A stretch of 64,000 nucleotides of DNA from Amoeboaphelidium protococcarum X5. Lineage: Eukaryota > Fungi > Aphelidiomycota. Positions 25,733 through 38,449 of the stretch are shown in pieces. The first letter of the stretch is position 1. The number at the start of each line of letters is the position of its first letter. The notes beneath the pieces are model-generated. The model was not told the DNA's origin. It saw nothing but the letters and a program-made list of their open reading frames with translations, and did no database searches. The position numbers and the translations under genes are program-made. The stretch spans positions 149,053-213,052 of the forward strand of contig JALDTO010000215.1 in NCBI GenBank assembly GCA_023515725.1, read 5' to 3'.

Positions 25733-28255
25733 ATGAATTATACATTCCGGTTGCAGAAAATATTAAAGGGGTCTCTATAGTGGAGTAGGGCTTTCTCTAC
25801 AGGCGTAAATAGTACCAGGAGTCGGTGACTATCTCGATAGAATTTACCTCAGAGTATGCACTTCTAGTAGCGGTAGAAAAGATTTCTAGCTTATCGCTCC
25901 TAGTCCACATCTCCCGCTCAGTAATTTTAATAAGCTAGAGGATTCGGCAAGTATTTCATACGATATAATAGACGTGTGTCATTTGATGATGTACTTGCAG
26001 TGCTGTCTTGGATTACTCTATCTGGTGGCGCGTTCTTTGTGTTCAAGACTACAACGGCAGTGTCTCTACTCCTGCAAGCCTGTGAACTCACTGGAGCCAA
26101 GAGCTTGCTGATATCTGAGTTGAACAAGTAGCTGGATAATACCAGAGTATAGAAGTAGTCTCTATTCAGTTTCTTGAAGAATAATAGCTCCATCAATGTC
26201 AACATTGGAGATATCACTACATCCACTGCAACTACTGCTAGCGATACGTCCTCTAATTCATAAGATGGTGAAGGTGAGAGAGTCTTGACGCTTCATAATG
26301 TGCATATCATACGCGATAAAAGTACCATTTAATAACACTCTTCTGATGACGATAACAATGATGCTTTGAATGTGGCCTATTTCGATGTTACTATTGATCG
26401 TATAAATTTCTCTCTAGATTTTGTCAGATGGATAGATGGTAAGGGATTGATAAAGAGTCTAGATGTGGACGGCGTTAATGGAACAGTTAACAAGAGGCAT
26501 GTTGTATATCCTCCACCTGATCCTGCGTTAGCGGCACTCTCTGTAGAAGAAGATCTGATGCAAGATCTGGTTATCAAAGGCTAGTAACTTATGGGAAGTC
26601 ATAGTAAGACGTGTCTAGACTCGTTTAAGATGTCCAATCTTCATTTAGATATTCTGGATGTGCAAAACTTTCGACCATATTCCATTCAATTGGATTACAT
26701 TGATTGCTCAGATAGCGGACTTCGACTATAATGGTTTGTGCCTGATCTCATGTCTGCATCAGCATTAAAGTGTACCTATGATGGTGCTGCGATTTCGCTT
26801 GATAGAATTTAGTATTAGAAACAAGAGTAGTAGTAGTAGTATTAATAGATAGCAGATACTAGTGAATGGATATAACATCTCAGAGTCACTGGTCTTAATG
26901 TCGACATGGTCAATTGGAATAGTAAACCGCCATTGAATTGGATCACTTAGGGATTTGTTGATTTTGACATTTATTGTCACATTCCAGATTACAGTACTCT
27001 CTCCGCGGATGATATTGTCCAGTCTCTATAGGATGAATAACTGTTAAGCAGTGCTAACTAGGCGCCGACTCCCATCGTGACTGATTAGTTTAATTTAAGT
27101 GTCATTTCAATGACTCAGGATGTACCTCCATCTACTTAAACGGATTAATAGTCTTTAGATGATTCTTCACTTCAAGACTAAGTTGATTAAATGAAAAAGG
27201 ATATAAGCGATAGAGTCAGTCAGACTTATCGATAGTATCTAATTGATCAACTGTATTCGATGATAGTGAAGTAGAAGTATAATTTGTATGGTAAATAAGA
27301 AGTTGATGATGCTGTGTAAGACTCTTCTGGTCCAAGGGATGAGGAGGACTTTACATCATTTGGATCGGCGGTAGAGCTGATTGAGTTGAATGATTTACCA
27401 GGTGATAGTTAACATACAGCAGTTCCGAATGGGAATAAAAGTGAGATCGGCGGTGATAAACTTTAACGGCTTTTACGTCCATCGATAAACAGTAACTGCT
27501 CGTTCATTGTAAGCGCTCATGTACGCGATCTTGAAGTCAGAGTATCCGAGGTGCTTTTGCTTAATGGCCGTAAAATATCTCCTGCTTGGACAAAATCGAT
27601 GATGAACTATGTAAATTCCTATTCTTCTATCGCAGAATAAAACACCGCTAGTACTAATGGCGCTGATAATGGTGGTGGTGTCGGCGATGTGAGTAATGGA
27701 GAAACGCCTCGGAGGAGATTACATGTTGAATTTGAACATCCGTACCTCCATTTCTACTCTGCATGGAACATTTATGACTCTAAACTGGCCACAATGTTGA
27801 ATAAGAAGTTTAGTGAGAGATTTGGAGAGATTGTATCTGAGTGGCTGTCTGAGCTCGTACGCAGACGGAGCGTTGATCGAGGCTTGACTAAAAGTATTAA
27901 AGGTGACCTGAGTGGTGGTAACACTAGTAATATTTCTGATGGCTCCAAGGACGCTCAATCTATTAATTTGCAGACAAGAGCGTGGTGGAATTGGGGCTGG
28001 TTCTAGTAGAAACCGCTGCCATAGTAGGGACAAGATTATACATCATAAAGTAATTCCTAATTGGGTGCAAATGATACCAACATTCGTCAGCAGTTGGAGA
28101 TGCAATCGAATGGAGAATTACTCCTCAACTTGCTTAAGCTGAGAGCACGAGCAATTGCACCCGCTGCACCGTAAATGTTCACAAAGTCTTTTGATCATTA
28201 CTACTCAATGTAGGATGATTATCAGGTTGCAGATTGGTTTGATTTTTAAGAATGA
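25733..28255 (+). CDS. Mdm31/Mdm32-like mitochondrial inner-membrane protein (5' end uncertain)
   Basis: RVSFDDVLAVLSW..KTTTAVSL, FDVTIDRINFSLDFVRWIDGKGLIK, FRPYSI..LRLQWF, PLNWITQGFVD resemble the Mdm31 family. An in-frame TGA at 25826 means either the start is ATG 25856 or a small intron is present. Ends in TGA at 28253-28255. Confidence 0.7.
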
Positions 28256-28401
28256 TGTTTACAATAAAAATACAGTTTTTATAACAGGAGATTAAAGTAT
28301 ACACGTAAATCTTTATATATCATTATCATTTTCCGGCAAAGTACTCGTTCACCAAGCAATAAGTACAGTACACACGTACCATAGATATTGGATGATAATA
28401 C

Positions 28402-29586
28402 TCACAAGTCTTGGATCTGCTTGATCAAGAATGCCTTCTCATCGTTAAATTGTTCATCCTCCGTTCTATCAGTGCAAAACTCGCTCAGAAACTTGACCAA
28501 CTTATCCTTATTCTTCACCAGGATATCCTTAACAGGCGCCGTCTTATTAGGATTTGCAGCAAACACCTTGAACACATGGAATGCCTCAAACTGGATATTC
28601 TTCGACCTGTCCCTCAGCAAGTTCATCATGAGCTTGAGATTATCCACGGACGAGATGTAACGAGTCATCACATTGAAATTGCTTCTGTCCAGCAAGAGTT
28701 CACCCAGCAACTTCAGACTCTATCTCTTGGTCACGTAGTTATTTGAAGTGAGCAGTCCGAGGTACCTCTCAAAGAACTCGTCATAATTCTTGTCCAAGAA
28801 CTCACTCACCACAGCCCGGTGGCGCACTAGGAGCTCTTTAAAAGTGGCAAAAGCATCACTGGCCACATCGAACGTGCCCAAGTCCACGTAGCCAAACATT
28901 CTCCAAAACAACAACGGTCTACCTCCACTACCACTCTACACCGGATCCTCTATACTGAATATCAACTTGCATAAAGCTTCGTACCGGATACAATCTCTGA
29001 GTATAAGACCACATTGCAGGGCAATATCAGGCACTTCATAGGAACAGAAGAGGGTAGTCAATACATCACTCTTATTGCATAGATACTCCACGGTAGGTGA
29101 GCGGGTGCCAATCTATCTTCTCAGTAGATTTATGAATATCTGTGCAACATCCTTCTTGGCTTCAAACTCAATTCTCTGCATATGAAATATCATCAGTGAG
29201 AGCAGATCGCTATTGTAAATCTCAATTGATAATTGACTAATCTACTCCAAGTTTGCTTCATCACTATCATTCCCACCACCACCGCCACCACTTCCACTAC
29301 CACCGCCTGCATTGCTGCCACTTCCAGAACCGGAGCCAGAGCCACCGGTGAGAATGTTCTTAATAAGCACCAAATTCTTTGACAACTCTTCCTATGTCTT
29401 TGCATCCACTGGCTCTAATGAAGCGTTACCAGCAATATTAGTAGCTGAAGTTGTTGCAGCAGAAGTACCACCAACACCACCCACCTAACCAACATTACTC
29501 ACCGCTCCAAACTTTATAAACAAGTCCTTGGTATACTTGACCAACTCAGCAGGTGACTTGGTCTTTGGCTTAAACAGAAATGACAT
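28402..29586 (-). CDS. HYM1: MO25/Hym1 (CAB39) scaffold protein
   Basis: [17 protein letters not shown] start; [11 protein letters not shown]; [15 protein letters not shown]; NYVTKRQ(TAG)[15 protein letters not shown]; [12 protein letters not shown]. Ends in TGA. Confidence 0.95.
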
Positions 29587-30339
29587 TATTCCACAATCAC
29601 TTTATATTACTCAGTTAATCTTGCTTTAAAGGATAAGTTGAATTTAATTATAATGTTTTCTCAGACTTTAATTGAAATAAAAATCACCAAGATGATGAGA
29701 ACAAAGTGAGACGTTCTTTAATTGACCTCAATCCAACTTGTCTAATAAACAAAAGAAGTAATCCCCTTAAATTTATATCTTTACACTATTAGAGCTTTAA
29801 GTATTTAAAAACTAAATCTCCAATACAATATTAGGGATTTGAAGCAGTAGATAAATTAATCACTTCTCTCTCTATCTGTATCTATCGAATGCCTCTGAAG
29901 AAGAACGAAATCAGAAAATTTGGCGAAACAAAAACACTAAAGTGACTGACTGACTGACGAGCGTTCGTTCAACATCATCACACTGAACTTTAGCAGGGAG
30001 AAACATTACCTGAATTTGAGAAAGGACCGCGTCGAGTCGGTGCGTGAATGAACGAACTTGGCGCTTCTGGAGACAAAAAATATACTACCCTTTTCTGGTA
30101 TGATAGATAATGATTTGCAAGTTCGAGAGTCGAGCGATAGTTTGAACAGTGCTAAAGCCCCACGTTAAGAGAACAGATGTTAACTTTACCATATCTGAAA
30201 CACAGTCACGCGTTCTCACGTCAACACAGTTAATTGTATGACCATGACACACTTATAGTGCGTACAGTGTATAAGTGTAAAGGAAACTAAGAACAGTTAC
30301 CGACTAATATAAAAATGATTATTAATTATCGTACCGCAA

Positions 30340-31004
<665 letters not shown>

Positions 31005-31221
31005 TAGGTGTAATACGATTAGACTTGAAATTGGTCAACAAAACGATTAAGAAATTTCTATAGAGAAGATAACGAGCTTCTAACGTTACGCGTTCAATGC
31101 ACTAAGATTTTTCAACTAGACACCAGAAAACTCCGATTTTAAGTAAGAATATAAAGCTCTTTCAATACACCAATAAACGAACAACAAAAAGACAATATTA
31201 TAAATCATACAAATTTTGAGA

Positions 31222-32157
31222 TCAAATCTTCTTAAGGCGAGAGTTCTAGACTCCAATGCGAACATTCAGGTCATCAGCGCGCTGGCCAATCGTCTCAATC
31301 ACCTCATTTTGTGACACAGTCTCCTGGCCCATAGCCATGCCCATTCCCTTGAGTCGACCGAGCACATCCATCATCTTGTCCACATTCTCTTCAATCTCCT
31401 TCTCTTGAGCCACGTCTTCATCATCGAGGAGGGCAGAGTACTGCTTGGCATCGCGCTGAGATTTGTACTTGTCAGACACTTTCTGAGGAGATCCTGAAGA
31501 TTGAGACTACTATTATTGCTGCTACTTCAAACCTTTATGCAGGCGCATCTCAGTAGCTCGCTCCATCTTGCGAGTCTCAATTTCATCACCAACTTTAGCC
31601 TGATACTCTCTCTTCACCTTGTCCTCGCGCACCTTCTTCTACTTGCTCTTACTAGCAAACGGATTCTTCAGAGATGGGAAGAATCTATTCAGACGCTTCA
31701 ATTCACTCACCTACTCCTCAGCAACGTCCTAATTAATCTTGGCCAAATCCAGGTCGCGTTTACTCTTATGCAATAGCTGCGATTGAGTATTCAGCGTCTG
31801 CATTGTATTACTTGCAACATCTTGAGTCTCATATAGACGATTCAGGGCGTCGCGGGTTGTCTGCACAGATTCCTGCCTGATGGATTTACCTTCATCAAGA
31901 ATCTGCCTGGTAGCATACTCTTCCTCATCATCATCAAACTGCATTCTACCGCGAGAGCTATCATACTGCGAGTGGTCATTTCTACCAGAGCCAGTGACTT
32001 GACCGTTATATTGCCGGTTGGATGAAGATGATGGGCGGGAGGTCATAGAATCACTACCACTACCTAGAAGCTCGCGCCGATTCTATCCATTTGACGGAGA
32101 CTATCCTCTACTCTTCACCATTTACTAATCGCTGTTATTATACTAACTTCTAGGCAT
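31222..32157 (-). CDS. Sec9/SNAP-25-like Qbc-SNARE
   Basis: Two SNARE coiled coils (ESVQTTRDALNRL..TMQTLNTQSQLL; EIEENVDKMMDVLGRLKGMGMAMGQETVSQNEVI) in one frame. Ends RLKKI then TGA. Confidence 0.8.
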
Positions 32158-32516
32158 TATTCTCTGACACTTTAAACGATTATTTTATATTTGACTGCTT
32201 TACTTTTGATGAAAGAGAAAGAGAGTCAGTCTGATATAGATCAGCAGCCGAGCCAGAAATAGCAATTCATCCTCCAATCAGCTGCGACTTTTGATCAAAA
32301 CCAATGATTGTATCACTAACAACCAGGCAATCTATAATTATTATCATCTGCTTAAATGTCATTCTATAAAGTTATCAAAGGAGGAAGATCTATAGGAACG
32401 CGTCAATGTTAAGTCGCCGCCTTAAGTAAAAAATCTGATCAAATTTAGAAACACATATGACAGAGTGAGAGAAAAAATTATATTTAAAGAATCATCTAGA
32501 TAGCATTAAAGCTTAC

Positions 32517-33467
32517 TCAGAACAGTCCACCGAATCCCATGTCATCGTCACTCTCTTCCTCCTCCTCCTTGACTTCCTCCTTCTTCTCGTCAGACTTACC
32601 GCCAGAAGATGCAGCAGCAGATGAAGCAGCAGCAGCGGACTGAGCAGCAGCCAGAGCCTCAGGATTCTCTAGCAACTCCTTCAATTCCTTCACCTGATCA
32701 ATGGTGTAATCAGTAGCCAATGAGACACCGACCAAGTTCTTGAAGTTGTTCACGATCAAGTGAGGCACGGAAGCAATAGTTGGGTAGTGCAGAGCCAGGG
32801 ACAGAGAAGCAATCTGGGTAATACCCTCCATCAACTTCTCCAACAGAACATCGTTGGTGATGTCCAGCAGAGATGGATCAAAGACGGTACCTTCATCGTA
32901 GACAGCTCCCACAGTCAGACCATAAGTGAACGGAGAGATGTTCAACATGTTCAGCAGGGTAGCCTCAGAAGGACCAACCTTCTCACCAGCCTTCACCAGA
33001 TGGACATCAGTGGTGATTTCAATGGTACCACGCGCAATCTTGGTAGGGACACCCAAAGCCTGGAAGAAACTGGTTTTACCAGGTTCGATACCAGTGTTAC
33101 CGCTAGGAACGAAGACATCCAGAGGAGCAACGGCACCAGCTTTGGCAGGAGCGCGCACCTTGTTGCTGGTGATCTTCTCACGGACGTCCTTCAGGTCACC
33201 ATTGGTGAACACGAAGCCGACATTGCCCTTAATCAAAGGCATCAGTCTCTCATACTCTGGATTATCACCGCCAGCATTACGGATAGCCTTCTTGACCAAG
33301 GTGTTCTTACCCATCAGCACAACAGCCTCACCACGCAGGGTCTTTCTGATCTAGTGCATCTGGTTGGAACCGACATTGTCCACGTTGCAGACCAGAATGG
33401 ACTTGTAGTCCTTCAACAAACTCTCAACTTTAGTAAAATATGCAGCCTTCTTTTCACCTTTTGACAT
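32517..33467 (-). CDS. RPP0: 60S acidic ribosomal protein P0 (uL10)
   Basis: [22 protein letters not shown](TAG)[31 protein letters not shown] then TGA. Confidence 0.97.
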
Positions 33468-33600
33468 CTTTGTGTTCAACGGATTAGGGTCGTGTATGAA
33501 GGAGATAAAGTAAGTGATAACTGATGTATATTGATATAATTGATCACTCATGAGAAAGGATTATTCTCGAACGACATACGAAGAGATAGATTAACCTTAA

Positions 33601-34380
33601 CCCATTGACGCCCGGTCGGGTCCGAGAAGCCCAAACACGGAAAATCCACTAAATTTGATTGAAACTTTTGGAAGAGTTGCTATCTGATAATTAAATATTC
33701 CACGTAAAAAGACATGCTGGATTTTAATTCGAAATTGGATTTTTCATATCATTTCTGGTTGATGTTTTAGTACGCGATCAGTTCAGTGCTAAAAACCAGC
33801 CTGCTATTGGTATATGCCAGTTATCTAGACGGTTTTTGGCTGCAGATATAATTCCATAGATAACTACTTTACCGCATACACCTAATATAAATCTGAGTAT
33901 GCGTCTAGGCGTTCTTGCGCATGACAAAAACGGGTTATATCACCACGTATACTGCATGGAGTACGGAGAAGCAATTGTTAGATACAATTGCGATTTGAGT
34001 CAGCCACTTCTCAATTCCTGTGCTATCTGTACAATTTACATATGAAGCACATTAATCCGGAATGTAATATCATATTAGATAACGCAACATCGCGTTAATA
34101 ATCAACAAATAGATGGACTTAATTTAATATGGTCTTTTAAGAGATAGACTCGAATCTATAGATAAAACTGCCTATTTACTTTATAAAGTCCTGAATTAGC
34201 TCAGTAATTTTTGTTTTCACCTTTTATCACCTATAGAAGGTACAAGAAATTTTTTTAAATATATTTGGGATGCCCAAAGTGTAAATTGTGTACTATATTG
34301 ATCTGGGCTTCTAAGACCCAACTTTGATTTTTCGTGCATTTTGTTTTTCGTCGCTTTTTCCGTTTGCGGGCGTCAATGGG
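33601..34380. mobile_element. Non-autonomous piggyBac-like DNA transposon (MITE), 780 bp
   Basis: Perfect 14-bp TIRs CCCATTGACGCCCG / CGGGCGTCAATGGG flanked by TTAA on both sides (33597-33600, 34381-34384). Subterminal inverted repeat 33618-33633 vs 34304-34319 (14/16 match). No transposase seen. Confidence 0.88.
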
Positions 34381-34430
34381 TTAATTGAGCCCCTTAAACT
34401 ATCAGATAACGTTCACCACAGTTTATTTAT

Positions 34431-34616
34431 TTTTTATAACTAGACATGGAAGGACTAGTCGTTGCTGGGCTAACTGTAACTTCAAGAGCAGCTTATGATT
34501 CTCTTCCCTGAAGGGTAACTAGCCAAGATCTTCGTAGAAGTTGGACTAGTTAGAACTACGGTCATGTGATCAGCTACTTTAAATAAAATTTTATTTTATT
34601 TTTATAACTAGACATG
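34431..34616 (+). repeat. 18-bp direct repeat TTTTTATAACTAGACATG (34431-34448 and 34599-34616)
   Basis: Exact match seen in the sequence, each copy preceded by a T-rich tract. Confidence 0.7.
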
Positions 34617-34989
34617 AAGCATAAATGGACCAGACAAATGTGTAATTCTGATCGCAAAATAATTAAAAAAACTCTACTTCTATAATAGACGTATAAGTAA
34701 TCGTTCAGTTTTAAATTCTCACTGGTAATGTCAATAAGGTAAGTTCAAGTTCGTGGAGTGTAAGAACGGTTGGCACTTCATCCGGAACAGTCAATTTTTG
34801 AGAACGACTCTGGAAGAGCTGACGTCTTTCAATATAAGGTGATCTTGTGATTACTGTATATCTGTTATAATCATCAAAAGATTAATTATACTTACTCTAC
34901 TACTACCTGCAACAATAATGTCGACTGACTAAAGTTGGATCATAATTCAAACCGATTCTGCCAATCTATTTATAAGACACGTCATTACA

Positions 34990-35580
34990 GTGCATCAGAT
35001 ATTAATTTACTCTTCTCCTTGTTAATTATCTTGTACTTGGCTTTTTTCACTTTCTACGTCCTGTGATAATACAAATATGCAGAACACACGCGTAATTAAA
35101 AAGAAGTTTGACGATGTATGGATTGGACCACCTGCTGTGAAGAGAATGTTGATTAACTTGTATGAAGATTCGTTAAAATTTAGAGTAGATGCAAGCCACT
35201 GGTCTCTGTATTACGTGGTAACACAATGTCATTAATTGGATGTATTTACTGAGTTTAAAAGACGATTTGCTGATCTTTATAATCAGACGTAACCGTCATT
35301 GCGTCACATCTCTATTCAGCACCGAACCAGAAATTACTTTATGATCTAACGCGACCATATCATTCATTTGAGTTTAGTTCAGACTATATACAAAATAGAA
35401 GTAAACAGGAAGGTATTTACCAATACTGCGAATCGAACAGAGACACCTACAGAAGCACAAGACGCTCCTACATAATGTTAATAAGATAAATACTCTATTA
35501 ACACGTTAAGTGGAAGAATCAAGGTCCAAAAGAGGCGCGCATATATACTGCAGATACTTGCCTATTCGAGATCTAATTGA
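34990..35580 (+). pseudogene. Probable relic of a lineage-specific membrane protein gene
   Basis: Hydrophobic LLFSLLIILYLAFFTFYVL followed by TGA, then a long same-frame TAR=Gln reading (KYAEHTRNQKKFDDVWIGPP...) to TGA near 35580. No recognisable family. Confidence 0.3.
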
Positions 35581-36019
35581 TGAAAGAGGCGCGCACTTGA
35601 AACAATGTTGATCATCCAAGCCCCACAGAGTCTTCTGTTGATACTTGATCGACGCGTGTGCTAACATCCATCCACAAGTTACGCCCCCTTCGCCTTGCGT
35701 TCGGGCGGGGACAAGGCTTTACAGGACTTGTGTGTACGTGTTAAGTCACGGGTTCGAGACTGACAAAAATCGTCTTTGCTGGGTACTTTATCTCGGTTTA
35801 AGAGCCATTGACTTCATCTTGGCCGGGCCTACTCATCAAGTGATACTGATATCGTATTGCCCAGAATTGCGCCGAATGTGGAACCAATGAGTTACATTGC
35901 CTTGTCGTCGGGCAGGAACTTCTGCGGTCAATCACATGACAAAGGTTAGCTTTTCCCATGAGAAGAAGGGAGTATCCTTAATAGTGAATTTTCGCCGTGT
36001 GGCAAGCGGAAATTTACGT

Positions 36020-36547
36020 TCAACGGATTTTGCAAAGTGCATGGCACCGGGGGCTATGCTTGAGCTTTGGATAAATCCAAAGCACATTATTTTTGAATGA
36101 TAGTGTAAGCATTCGCGTATAAGAATCATAAAATGTTGCGTTAAAAACTGACACTTCTTTATATTTAATAGGGGCAGCATAGATCACTGCATGAGTAAAG
36201 TATTATAAGATGTCGACATGCGAAATCCGACTTCGAATTTAAAGCTGTATTAGCTGTGGGTGCATATGCTTTAACTAAAGATGAGGTATATAGATGATTT
36301 CAACTTTATCATACATCAAAGCGCAAAAGCCGATGGAACGGGTGCCTTTACATTGCAATGTACTGTACTCTTCATAGCCAGAAAATTGTACCTTTACATC
36401 TAAATATTCAATCGATAGCGTCTGTTGTGAATCTATATTCAAAATTAATTTCCGATAGATGTCAATGATGTATGGTTATCTTGTGTTAAACATAAAGGCT
36501 TATCCGCATTGAATGATCAGCGAACGGAGTTTGATACTGATTTGCAT
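36020..36547 (-). CDS. Hypothetical ~175-aa ORF or gene relic (TAR=Gln)
   Basis: TGA-free frame MQISIKLRSLIIQCG...NNVLWIYPKLKHSPRCHALCKIR. The upstream frame has TGAs. No recognisable domain. Confidence 0.3.
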
Positions 36548-38449
36548 AAGCTGGTTATTCTAGCTTAAATTTAGCGGCTACTATTTAGCGAAAGCTCTTG
36601 ACGCGTTTCAAGCAGTCGTCGCTCTTCTCATTCATATACGAGTTGAAATTATTGAAAATATGCTTGGTTGTTATAACTCATATCCACTACTTTTTATAAC
36701 TTAATCTTAACAGCTACAAATTATATTGTTTAAGTGCCAAGAGAAGTTGACTCTAGTTGAAGTAACATTCGGTGCCATAACGAGCCCTCAACTTATGCTG
36801 TACTCCGTTACTGGATTGATCAACTACGCCACATCAAATTGACAGGATCTAGCACGCGAGGAAAAAGAACATTTTATGGGCCTCAGGGAATGGTCCGCGA
36901 TCTAACCTCGTGGTTTGTGTTAACAGACATCCTTAATTCTTCATAGTACTTTGGATAAATCCAAAGAATAGTTGTTATATAGATGAAAGAAGAATTTAGA
37001 GCTGGAAAATCACAAAACCGTTCGAAAAAAATTTGAACGCGTTAAGGTTAGCACGCGTCGTCCATTCAAAGGCGAAATGTGTCTACTTAACACAGGCATC
37101 AATTACGGAGTACTCGGGGTGTGGAAAAATGGCTGATAAGAAAAATTCGCCTAATTTATTAATGTCAGATAATTAGTCATAAGAACTTTATAACAGCCTC
37201 TGATTTTCTACATTGGCAGCATGGTGATTTATGACTCCCAATGCCTTGAGATATTAAGGTAGAAGAAGAGAGGCTACCGGAATCCAGCCTACCAGCAAAG
37301 TAATAATAGCAGACACGTTGCCATCAGTGGAGCAACTACAATAGTGATCAAGATTGACAGAATTGCAACACTGAGGGTAGTTTCAAACATTTGATCTACG
37401 CAGAGTAACATTACACTTGTCACTATCACTAAAAGAGAGCATAAAGTCTTATGGTAAACGAAGCATGGTTATACTCCACTGTTGACTTTGCCACAGATAG
37501 ACGCGCATCTCTTAAATTGCCTTTTATCTCTTTAAAATCTGCAGCCAACTTTTCCATGTCAGCATGTAATCGCATATTCAGAGCTTCGCGTTGCCTATTC
37601 TCTTCATTAATTTCAACTTTTTAACGCTTAATCAGTTCATTTCAGCTTTCACTAACGCATCTTTCTTCCGCAGATTAAGATTGTCTTGACGCCGACTCTA
37701 CTTTCACACCACCACAAGACGTAAACACGTCTGATCTTAATCTCTCCCAAACTCCTCAACATATATCACCGTGTTACCGTTTCATTTGCCAACGAAACCT
37801 GAGAATATAGATGCAGTATTTTATTAACCACTCACATCTCTCAGTAATCATTTCAAACTACATTATTCAAGTTTTAAAAAGAGAAGTAATATTCCGATTT
37901 ATCTCCCTTTATATAAGCAATGATTCAATATCAAACACTGCCAGATCACATCAGATCACGATGCGTCATGAAATCGTAACGCAGATACTCATAGTCATTC
38001 TTCAGCTATAAATATTTTACTTCTGCACAATATTACATCTCGTAATTGTTTCAACTCATCCAATTATCTCAAGAAATAGCTCTGATTGGAAAGATGGATT
38101 CTTGATTTGGAAACTTAGCGGCGATATCACTGACGCCTTCGTGTAGCGGACATGTAACGTCTTTGGATTTACTCACTGACGATAGTTCTATACCCCAGTA
38201 AATACTCTGCAGTCACGCGATGACATTAGCTTTGGTATTTCAGCATTTTGTTTCTGATGGTATAAAATTGGCTCTTGAACTTTCTAATACAGAAGACTGA
38301 AGGTAATCGCGTTTTTAATACGAGTGGTTTTGATACTACTGTATACACCAAGTCTTAAACCAAGGGCTGAAATTTTCATTAATTTAATGTATTGATTCAG
38401 GCAGATATAAAATTCACTCTATATTTGTATTGATAGTATGAAACGCAAA

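Noticed and set aside
30249-30278. ACACTTATA/TATAAGTGT hairpin downstream of UBC13
   Set aside because: A single AT-rich 9-bp stem, plausible by chance, with no ncRNA signature.
32760-33464. Long + strand ORFs (234 aa, 142 aa) opposite RPP0, and similar antisense ORFs over GDB1, eIF5B, ASN1 and HYM1
   Set aside because: Antisense or alternate-frame shadows of well-supported genes with no recognisable protein features.
32517-33467. Avoidance of TAR codons in highly expressed genes (1 of 6 Gln codons in RPP0)
   Set aside because: Profilin uses TAR for 3 of 7 Gln codons; the sample is too small to support a trend.
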